A stretch of DNA of 64,000 nucleotides, taken from Paraspadella gotoi. Lineage: Eukaryota; Animalia; Chaetognatha. The first letter of the stretch is position 1. Every line of letters begins with the position of its first letter. A program made the translations under genes and the position numbers. Positions 53,589-64,000 of the stretch are shown one piece after another. The notes beneath the pieces are model-generated. The model saw only the letters and a list, made by a program, of their open reading frames with translations, did no database searches and was not told the DNA's origin. The stretch covers positions 2,030,486 to 2,094,485 of the forward strand of contig CM119270.1 in assembly GCA_051294375.1 (NCBI GenBank), written 5' to 3'.

Positions 53589-56017
53589 GTAAGAGGCTTT
53601 TTCGTTTGTTTTTAATCCGCTTGTTGACTTTGTTAGTCTACAGTGTCATTATTATTTTAATTTGCTTCCAAATCGTGACTTTAATTATTTGTTGGTTGGA
53701 AATTGATGACTCTTGTTAAGTTGGCACGTCTTTAGATGTTTTACTTTTGAAATTCAATTTTATATTTAATTATATCTGGTTTTCAATTTCATTACTGATG
53801 TTTAATTAGTCTTTTAACAATCAGGACATGCAAACCAAACGTCGGGAATCAGCTTGACCGGAGCAAAGCTTGGGACGAGCAAGCTACAAGCATCTCATGT
53901 TCGAGAACTGCTGTGTCGCAGAAATGCAGATTTTAAACAAGACGATCTTCCCAAAATCATAATATTTAAAATAATTAATTTAATACTTTTAAGAATAACC
54001 AAAAAGTCTCGAATTCTCGTCCACGTTGGTATTGAAAGTACAACAGTCCAAAACGAGAAGCGAAAATAAACCTGGTGATAGTGCTGTTTCACCGAAAAAG
54101 TTAAATTGGGATCTCTTTTCTAATTGGCTTCTCGGCAAAAAAAACAAACGCAAAACAAAGCAAGAACAAAAAGCACAACAAAATGGCTTCGAATTGTTAA
54201 TTTTTCCCTTTAATGTAGATTTTTGTTTCATCGTCACGTGACCATTGGTGTTTACATTATTATGGTGCGCACAATACAAATATTAAACAACCAACAGAAG
54301 AATTTCCTGAGAAAGTTATTTTCTTTTTTTTTTAACTAAGACTTCTGCTGCACAATCTAAAAAGCAAAGAGTTCAATTACTTCTTGGGACTAATTACCAA
54401 CAATTCTCAAGACAAATGTAAAAACTGAACGACTGAGTGATATTTACATTCTGTTCATTATTATGAATATGGAAAACCGAAGGGTCTGTAAAATCTCACT
54501 AATTTATCACGGTTTGATTATATCACCCAACGAGAAATCAAGCCAAACATAGCAAAACATAAATTGAACGGTCAGTTTTCTTCCGTCTTTCTCAATGATC
54601 AAATCAGAGAAACAAATAATTGGTTTTGTTTAAATTAAGTTTTCGCTGACTTGTTACCCTCCGAACAGCGGACTTTTTTAAAAACATTTAATCAACAAAT
54701 GAATCTCGCACGAATCTTTCGCGCGGCAACCAGGACGTCGACGCAATTCAATGGAACGACATCACTAGTTTTCTAATCTTACGGTTGGGACCGATCCAAT
54801 TTTATTTTATTAGGTTTAAAATCTCTCTTACTTCCTCTCTCTCTCTCTCTCTTGTCTCTCTCCTACTCTCCTCATCTCTCTCTCCTCCTCTCTCTCTCTC
54901 CTGCCCTCCTGCGGAGGAGAGGACGTCTCGAACGCTCGAATTTTTTTTACTGTTTTTTTCCTCTCTAAATTAAATTTCGATTAGGGTTGCGATTTAAATT
55001 TCAAAATCTAACTAGAGTTTAAAACAAGAAACAAAAAACTAATTTTAAATTTCAAAAAGGGCAATTAAAATATGTTTATTACTGACGTTCATTCGTTTAT
55101 TACTAGTTTATTATTTTTTATAATCAATTGTAGGCTTTTTTCCTATATGTGTTTAATTTTTTCTCTCCATCATTCAGATTAACTTTTTACTTCCCAACTT
55201 TATTTACCGTAAATTGTAAGAGGAGAGAGAGAGAGATGGGAGAGAAGAGAGAGAGAGATAGAGTAAGAGAGAGGAGAGAGAGATGAGGAGAGAGAGAGAG
55301 AGAAGCGAAGTGAGTCGATTAATCCTCCGAGAATTAATCCTTAATTTTAAATTTATTCAAGCGCCTTATATTTTTTTCAAATTAATTTCAATGTTTTGAC
55401 AGTAGTAATAATTAGACTTCCGTTTTTTGAAATTGTATTGTGTAAACTAAAAACAATCTTGACAAATTAAATATAAAATAAAGGAACTGGTTTCGAAGAA
55501 ATTAAAGAGAGAGAGAAGGATGAGAGAAGAGGAGAGAGATCTGAGAGCAGAGAGGATCCAGAGAGAGAGAGAGAGAGAGAGAGAGATGAGACTGAGAGAG
55601 AGAGAGGAAAGAGTGATGAAGGAGAGACTTAATACGATCCTTCGCGAAAAGAAAACACCGCGCTGAAGAAGCGATCGGATAAGTGAAAAGGCGTCGATGC
55701 TTTTTCAGTCGACTCTACGTCATTTTAGCGGGGTACGCCTCACTTTTTTGGAGGCCGGAAAGAGAGAGAAGAGACAAGACGAGACACCTTACCCAAATGA
55801 AGGAAGAGAGGAAAAGAAACCATCACCGACCATCGACGATATCGGACTACTGATCTCATTACTTCCATTATTAATTAATTATTAAATACCAAAAACAATT
55901 AAATTTAAAATTAAAAATGAGAAAACCCCAAACCGACAATTGGACGAGATTCTTTCGTTCCTTTTCTTCTCTTGCGTCTTACTTCAGTCGTCGTCGTCGA
56001 CTCTACACGGTAAGAAG

Positions 56018-56122
56018 CCCGGATGTTAATTAGGAGTGGTTAAAGAAAATCCCCGGATGTAGTGACGTGGTTAAAAGAAATACCCGGATGTAGTTTAGTG
56101 GTTCAAAATACCCGGATGTTAA
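56018..56122. repeat. Four ~30-bp tandem units with invariant CCCGGATGT core
   Basis: CCCGGATGT at 56018, 56052, 56083 and 56111; the first three are each followed by GTGGTT plus an A-rich stretch. Confidence 0.8.
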
Positions 56123-58369
56123 TTGAAAAATCCTGTTTTTTCGATCAAAACCTGTTTTTTTTATTTTTTGTTTTTTTTCTGTGAATGAGAATTCATCTTA
56201 CCATAAAGAAAAATAAATGAAGTAGATGTATATTTGAGTTAAGCCGTGGTGTGTGAAGAGTTGAAGGTTGTGCGTTGCCCGGTGCGTGATGTGTGGGTAT
56301 ATATCTCACTGTTTAACCTGGGATTGATGAGTGGTTACTGGTTACTAAGGGCCTGTGTGTTGTAGAGAGCGCGAAGAGAATTCGACAGAAGATCATACTT
56401 TGGAAATTATCCGCGTAAGAATCTTCATTTAGTCTTTAGTTTGTGTTTTTTGCCAACGTTTCGTCTTATTAATAAGTTTTAATGTTGTTTTAATAAGTTA
56501 GAAAATATTTTAAAATAAATACGATAAATTTATAAAGTAAAAACAAGTGTTGTATAACAGAGAGATCTTTAGGGAGTAGTATGTGAGTCGTTTGCCTAAA
56601 TCGCAATACTAATATCGAAGCCTGATCGTCGGCATGTCAGAAGGAGAAGATAGCTAAGAGGTGGCCGCGTGAACCCTAGTTCCAAACCGTTGAATCGCGG
56701 GTAGTGCGTGCTCGGAGGATCCGAGAGTCGGGGCGGCGGTAGTCGGCGGTGAATGCGCGTGAACGTGGGGAAGTCCGCATTCTTTAAGCGAGAGTCTCCG
56801 AAGAAGGCGCTGCGAGTGCGTGATACGTGAGGTGTCGTATATTCTCTTCGGCCTAACAAATCCAACCCTTCTGTGTATATGTCTTGATGTGTCTCGGGTA
56901 TTCTCGTGTTCTGGTGGGTGGCGTGAGAGTCCTTAATGTGGAGCGGCTGAAGGTTGTGTGAGCGTGGTGCCGAGGTAGGTCGTGTGAGAAGGTGTCGGAG
57001 TTGTGAAGAGGAAGTGCTCTCGGAGAGAGGGTGGGTGGCTCGGTGCGAGAGCTGTTGGGTGGCTCTTGGGGTGTTCTGGTAGAGTGCGAGTATATTCTCT
57101 GTCGTTATTCCGCGAAGTTAGAGACAAAGAATCTTCTCTCGTCTCGTCATCATAATCTATATTCACACGGAAAGAAAGAGTATGAGTTGAAAGCGCTGAA
57201 TGGAACCCGACCTCAATTCCGATTAAACAAAGAATGAGACAACGAGAACGGTGTTGAGCCCATGAAACGCATTCGACGGAAAAGTATCAGATGATATAGG
57301 CGGAGTGGAAGAGAGCCCGGTAGTCGATGCCATGTGGGCCGGGAAAGAGCGAGATGTGCCCGGAAGAGCGAAGATGAAAGAAAGTGTGTGTGACAATGTC
57401 CAAAGACGTTCGAATGTGACGGCGAGTAAAACCTGAGTGCGATGGGCAGAAATAGACGACGCAGATATGAAGATACGACGAAGAGTAGTGGCCATGCATG
57501 TAAACGCCAGAGAATGAGGAGTAGTGAGCGATGAAAGACCGTGTGGTGCGCGATGCCGAAGGTGAACGTGGCGAGGAGCGAAGCGAGAGCGAGCATCGCG
57601 AATGGAGAGAAGCGATAGGCAGTGCATGATGGTTGGCCAGAGGAGCCATCGCGGGATTGGAAGGGCGAAGAGCAGGAAGCAGTCCACCATGCGTGCACGG
57701 GGGATGACGAAGTAAATTGACGAGAAAGCCAACGAAAACGCTTTTCCCAAATCTTAAGGCTGAGAAAAAGCCAATGGACCACGTGTGGCCAACAACCATC
57801 AGCGCATATAAAGTGGAATCATCGCCAATAAGCCAACGATGACCATGGCCAATAAAGCCCATGATGACCCGTGGCAAGAACCCATCCCTTCATTTGGCAA
57901 CGAAAAGGATCACGCATCGATCACGGTGAATCAAAAATGTCCTCGATCACCAAATCATTTGACGAAGATCGACCAGAAACCTACTTTCATTTGGTACGAA
58001 AAATCACTCACCCATGAACAACGACGGCGACAAACAAGAAATGGACCTCACAGATTTTCAATCACGTGATTCCCGCAACCGTTTCAGGGGTTGGTCTCAT
58101 CCAAAAGACGATGGCTCATCTTTCCCATCATCGAGTGGAGGCTCATTCTTTCATCCATTCATGACGTACTGCCATAGCCCGACGCCCATCATCATCAGAC
58201 TTCGGGCCAATCGTCAAAAATCGGGCATGATCGGGCATCACTTCGCAGGTCTCGTCGCTCGAATGGAGGTCCGCCAGCCATGTCAATCAAACCAGTGCAA
58301 CCATGCCGAAACCTCCAAGCATTCCCAACTCTACCACGGGGCACCATGCCGACATCTCTCACAACCATG

Positions 58370-58833
58370 AAATGAATTCAACCGGGACAGCATCGGTGCT
58401 ATCCTCCAAGCATGGTAATACGGACCAGCATGCTGCATCTCCAGCACCGAGGCATCATCATCACCAACAAGCGAGACCTTCCTCTACCTCCTCCTCTTCC
58501 TCTTCCTCCTCCCTCACCTCCTCCGCCCATTGCGTCTTCCAATTGCGGCTATCGCCCTTTTCGACACGCAGGCGGAATGCCCCGAGCACCGCGGAGCCCG
58601 AATACGCTAGCAGTAAGGCGATACTGCGGAAATCTCCAAAGGATATAAATGCTGCGATGGATGCCGCCAAAGTAGACTGAAGCGTACTGCTACAAGCAGA
58701 CGAACAGTTGAAAGGATACGTGGCATAGTCAAAGAAAGAAGAAAGAAGAAGAAGAAGAAAAAAAAAGAAAGAAAGAAAGAAAGAAAGAGAAAAGAAACAG
58801 AGATGAGTCAGAGTTAATATTTCATGAAAGGAA

Positions 58834-58882
<49 letters not shown>

Positions 58883-59800
58883 AGAGAGAAGAGATGAGAG
58901 AGAGGAGAAAGAGAGAAGCATAGCCTGTAATTGTTTATACAAACACTATCTACCTTCTCCTACCTCCTCTTCCTCCTTACCTCCTCTTATCCAGGAGGCT
59001 TCAACTACCCAGTCAGGTGGAAAAAGGCATTGTTGCGGTTGTCCGTCAATCGCTGGCGTCGACTGTCGCCCCCTCTGCCCCGCCAGCGACCATCTGTCGC
59101 CACAAAAGCATTCGCGCATGCTACACGTACCAACCCGCACTCTCATCATCCGGCTCAACGGATGTTGGATCGAAGCCCAGGCGTGAGGGAGACGTTCCGG
59201 AGTTTAAAGGTGACAGGCGGTGCAGATGGGTAAAATAGGTTTGTAATATATAATGCTAAAAAAAGATTATTCTTAAATTTTGATACATGAATACATTTTA
59301 GTGGGTATAAGCAAACCTAGTATAAATAAAGGACTGCCCGAAAATTGTTAGTTTGTCTTTTAAAATGTAACTCAAATCTGTGCCAAATTCCCTCATTTAC
59401 ATGTTAAATGTACATAAATATAATATTAAAAAAAATTATATTCAGTCTTGTTTCCTTCTTGATATTTGCTTCTCTTTTATGCTCGTGAATTACTTCTCAT
59501 GAATTTAACTTTTTAACTTAGTAAATTTAAAACAATAATAACTCTTTCTTCATTCTATTTCTGATATTCATTCCCCTATTACCTTTCCTCTCTTTCTCCG
59601 TTCCTCCTCCTCTTCCTCCTCCTCCTCCTCATCCCCTCCTCCTCCACCTCCCAGTGCTGCGAATGAGTTCTGGCATGTCCACGTGCCCCGAGAAACCTGC
59701 GGCACACCCTTCAAGGATCTGGTTTCAACCGACTCGACTCTGTACCGTGAAGTCCGCTTCCCTTCCAGCGCCAAATGATTTGCCTTCTCGTTGCTACGAG
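58370..59800 (+). CDS. CUB-domain exons (58370-58720, 58995-59229, 59655-59800), frameshifted
   Basis: NSTG..VLSS, LQ(A)PRGIII, SNCGY, VRRYCGN-SPKDI, LLQADEQLKGY. The middle exon is bounded by TCCAG/GTAAAA and ends SLKVTGGAD. The exon after CCCAG reads ETCGTPFKDLVSTDSTLYREVRFPSS..FAFS. Confidence 0.6.
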
Positions 59801-60000
59801 GAGGAAAGATGAGGAGAGACGAGAAAGAGCGGGAATATTACGACGAGAAAGAAGGTGATGACCATTGAACGACAAATGACATGACTTGGAACGATGACAT
59901 GGGAATTATGTATCTACAGGATATTATGAATCTGTATGATATGCGACAAGGGGATTCACGTAATTGATTAAAAAAAAGTATAACTATTGTTTTATAAATA

Positions 60001-60215
60001 TCATGAAATTGGTACAACAATATGAAAAATTCATCTATTTATTTATTAAATAAGCTATCTTCGCCTCTGACTTTAGGACGTTCTTGGGTTGGTTCTAAGG
60101 TCTCCATTCACCCTCTTACAATGATAATTGAAATAGCATGATCCCCTGCAGCCTTGCAATCAAGCATGCTTTCCTTTACTCCCAGAGTAACTCGCCTCAC
60201 CTATCATGAAGTGAT
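60001..60215 (-). mobile_element. Family A copy (probably intronic in the CUB gene)
   Basis: TCATGAAATTGGTACAAC...TAATAAGCTATCTT...CTGACTTT...ACTCCCAG...CTATCATGAAGTG. Confidence 0.65.
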
Positions 60216-60564
60216 ATTAATGTCTTCATTGTATTAAAATATTAAGAATAAAATATTATCACAAATGTTGTCGTTATTGTTTCATTTAAATAATTTAGAC
60301 GGGATTAACGTTTCAAAAGAAACGTCAAGAATATTATATTGATCAAAATTCTACTTTACAATAACTAATAATACTTCAAGCTAAAAACATAACAATTACA
60401 CAATACCCTACAGGAAAATGCAGCCCTTGCATTACAAATGGAGAATACGAAAAAAGAACAGTCTGAATAGAAAACGTATAAGGCGAAAGAGAGAAATTGT
60501 CACGAGAGGAAGATCTAGACGCTGGATCGAAGCGGCTTTGAGAAGATGTTGTACTAGAGGTGAG

Positions 60565-60835
60565 AGCGGTCGTCGGTCGGGTCGGTCGGTGTCGGCGTCG
60601 TCTGGTCAGCGTCGGTCGGTCGGTCGGTCGGGTGGTCGTCGGTCGGTCGGTCGCGCTCGTCGTCCGGTCGGTCGTCGGTCGTCGGTCGGTCGGTCGGTCC
60701 GGTCGGCGGTCCGGTCGTCGTCGGTCGGTCGGACCAGGTCTGGATCGGATCGGTCGGATCGGTCCGGTGTCGGGTTCAGTCTTGTCGGTCGGACGTCGCG
60801 CGGTCGGTCGTCGTCGGTCGTTTTCTCGGTCGGTT
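60565..60835 (-). repeat. GGTC/GTC microsatellite, possibly the inner repeat of another family B copy
   Basis: Noisy (GGTC)n tract, the reverse complement of the family B (GACC)n; flanks are not clearly recognisable. Confidence 0.5.
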
Positions 60836-61663
60836 TTTGCAATCCTGGATCTTTCTATAGTATTGTATATATTAAGTATATGATTTTGATTCATGGAAAT
60901 CTTAGTGTATATATAATAGTGTATATTAATGGTTAATTTTTAATAATAATTAATGATGATTAATAACAATTACATTAATCTTAGACGTTGCGCTTAATGC
61001 AAAGAAGCCAGATGTTGTCGCAAAGGAAAAAAATGTGAAAAATGTGTTGTTTATTTGTTTTTTACCCTTTTTACTTTTTCTTTCTTTCTTCTTCTTCCTT
61101 CTTTCTTTCTTTCTGTTTTTCTTCTGTTCTTTCTTTCTTTTCGCATCAATTTATATATATTTAATCCGCTTCCTTCTCCCTCTCTCCCTCCCTTCCACTC
61201 GCTCTCTCTCCTCCCTCTCACAAAATTTCCACCTCTTTCACGATCAAACTTTCCGGCGTCACATTTTTGTGGCAGATCGGTTTATCTGTCGAGGGAAATT
61301 GGTGGAGGATGAACAAGACGCAGAGGCGGTATTTGCAATATATGAGTGGAGAGATGATGAGAGAGAGAATATATGAATATATGAGATATTTGGGATGATA
61401 TTACAAACCTGCATGATCTATTTTCCAGATGTCAACTCCCCAATTCCGACGAAGTTTGGTTTGGAATCGACAATTCATTTTGGGGATCCAAAAACGAAAC
61501 TTCTTTCCTGCAAAAACTCACCGTTTGTATTTTTCACTACCTTCTTCATACTATTACTATCTTGTTATCTGTGGAATACACGCCCGTTAACCATTTAATC
61601 CTTTAATATCATAGTAATTTCTAACCAGATAATATAAAGTTTTAAAAACTTTCCTTTCACCAG

Positions 61664-63667
61664 CCTTTCCAAACCATTGCCTGCTCACTTCCCCCCGTTT
61701 GATTCCCCGGCAAAACTATCCACCAAATGCTCATTCGGCGTACGCTAACATGTCTCCGGCCCGAAGAGGAAAAGTCATCGTTTTCGTTCAGCGGCTTTGT
61801 CAGAAGCGACGTTGAAGAAATCTAGACTTGTATTCAGGAGTTTGAGAGAAATAAAACTGCTTTAATTAATTAGTTATTTATTCTATATTTCTTTGAAAAA
61901 ATCTTCCTTTCCAATGATTGTTTTAATTGCCTTCCTTCGTTCGATCACAGCCTCCCACACAAAGAGCCCCCATTTTGAGCGACCACTTTTGTGATTCTGA
62001 CGACAAACCACCAACAAATGTGCATTTTGAAATCACTAAAATGTCTTTGGCAAAGAAAGGAAAACGTCTCATTTCATTATGGTCCTTGGTCAAAGTAGGT
62101 GAAATTCGATATTTCTCTTTCAAAAGATTAAAAAAATAATTATAAAATACTAAAATAAACCATTTTTCTCTCAAACAGGGTGAATAGTTGCACATAAGAA
62201 TACTCACATGTGTGATAAATAAAAACCAAACACATCTAAATTTCCTTCAAAATTAAACAATGTGAAGCAAAAGTTAAGGAAAAAGATATATTGTCCATCA
62301 GGAATATGTAAACCAGTAATTGACTTATTATTTTTTTTATTATATTTGAAATGTTTATGTAAATTTGATTTGTAAATACTATGTATATGTCATTTTTTAC
62401 ATGTATATGTACAAAAACGTAACCATTGTAGTTCTAAACAATTTAGGTATATTTCTGTTTTTTATTCACTTTAGGGTTTAAATAGGTATGATTTGTTATT
62501 TTTAATTACGCAGCTTCAAACAATGTTTCCGCACTCTTTCTGTCCTGGTCTGGTGATTCAAATAGCAAGACTCAGCAAACAATTTGGCATTGCAAATGTT
62601 TGGCTTAGCGGAAAAAGCCAGATCACTAATGGGTTGGCATGACTGCCAAGAACAAAATGTAAGTTATTTTTATCATTTAACCAAAATAATCTTGTTTTAC
62701 CATTATTGATCCTATTCTGTATTGGGTCATTCAAAAAATAACAGGGTGGCAAAAAATCACCAAAGATACCAGCCTTTGTGGCGGACAATCACAACTCATT
62801 CTAATACGGTGCTTATTAAATGAAGGAACGTGTAAAAACAAAGAATTATCTTTAACATCAACACGTTGATTGCAAACCATGTAAGTAAATCAAGGTTGAT
62901 ATGTAACTATAAGTTTTAAATTTATCTTTCCTTACTTTTCGTAATACCTGCCAAACCATCTGCCCGTCACTTCGGCCCATTTTGATTCCACCCAAAATTT
63001 TCCAACAATGCTCATTCGCTCAGCAATTCTCGCGCTAGAAGAAATATCATTCTTCCGTTCACGACACTTTCAAAGGCTCGTAATGCCGCAATTCCATACG
63101 CTAATTATCTTACCATCTCTAAAAACCCCAATTCATCATAAAACTGTGACATGAAATTCAACGATCACGAGCATGGACATACCGATCTCTCTCCTTTGGA
63201 ATCAAAAATGTCACGAATAAGAATGCGCATCAAAACGTCTCATACGACTTTACCGCGATAATCAATGCTGCTTTTAAATTATCCTTCTTACTCTATTTTC
63301 AATTATTTTAATTTAAAAACTATTCCAAATACGTCTCGTGTAAAACACACTCCATAATTAGCATCACCTTTCACGGGAATTATTAGCATAATTTCCGATG
63401 CAATTGATTTGAATTACTGTTGATTAGTTTCTATTTGCCTTTGTCAGTTTTTTTTTATTTGATATAACTTTTTTGTATACATGATTTCCCAGATGTACAA
63501 TGACGATAACGCACGCCCACTTCACTGCCGCGCTACAATTCGTTCATTGCACAAATATCGCAAAAACACACGTTTCGTTCAATCTTTGACGGAACTTGAT
63601 CACATGGTTGCTGTATCCTACGATGATAAGTTATTTTCTCGGATTCGTTGTAATATTACTACTATAA
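61664..63667 (+). CDS. Further CUB-domain exons and a hydrophobic C-terminal exon
   Basis: Paralogous segments 61664-61800 (TSP.FDS..NYPPNAH...GKVIVF) and 62945-63270 (VTSAHFDSTQNFPT...PYANYLTI...ITSMDIPISLLW...YDFTAI). Exon 62514-62658 has CAG/GTAAGT boundaries (SNNVSALFLSWSGDS). An exon ending 62880 has a GTAAGT donor (LCG, TITTHSNTVLIK). The last exon 63493-63667 ends LITWLLYPTMISYFLGFVVILLL*. Confidence 0.55.
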
Positions 63668-64000
63668 TGTTTTCCCCCTGAAAGACCATACTGTTTCACT
63701 CTCGATTGTACCATTATCTTATCGATTAAATGTCAATGAAAAATCCTGGGTTGAGCAAGAAAATTTTTTCTATAAGACCAAGTACAGTAGCGCACAAAGG
63801 AGAATAACGCGAGAAAGCATGAGGGGGGGAGAGAGTAGGGGCAGGGAAGGGCTCCCTGGTTCTGGAAGAGGGAATTGAAATTAGCGAAGCGGGAAGAGGA
63901 GGAAGAGGAAAGAGGCGAGAGATGAGGGGAAGGAATATATCTGGCTGTGAAGGGATTAAGGGATTAAAGCTTTGACGTTTAAAATCGAGAACCAGAAAAA

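Noticed and set aside
56018-56122. CRISPR-like array (also 30273-32085, 48420-48690)
   Set aside because: Inter-repeat sequences are similar to each other rather than unique spacers; eukaryotic context and no cas genes.

Overview
AT-rich, microsatellite-laden animal (probably invertebrate) genomic DNA from a draft assembly that mixes clean segments, long N gaps, four exactly 25-N gaps and indel-rich segments resembling raw long reads. Almost every ORF in the supplied track is a spurious translation of GA/TCG/GAT/TTTTC repeats. Supportable content: (1) a complete ~750-bp non-coding mini LTR retroelement (TRIM-like) at 9782-10532, minus strand, with TG...CA LTRs, a tRNA-Trp primer-binding site, a G-rich PPT and an ATAT target-site duplication, whose LTRs carry a tRNA-type Pol III A-box/B-box promoter (the most interesting object here); (2) a DINE-1/HINE-like non-autonomous Helentron family and a second ~200-bp dispersed repeat; (3) a strand-asymmetric 19/15-bp satellite with higher-order structure; (4) frameshift-riddled plus-strand exons for a trypsin-like serine protease flanked by CUB domains (43.2-45.2 kb) and a multi-CUB protein with a hydrophobic tail (58.4-63.7 kb); (5) two multi-kb duplications that are probably assembly artefacts. 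Protein calls were made by eye across frameshifts and need HMM confirmation.
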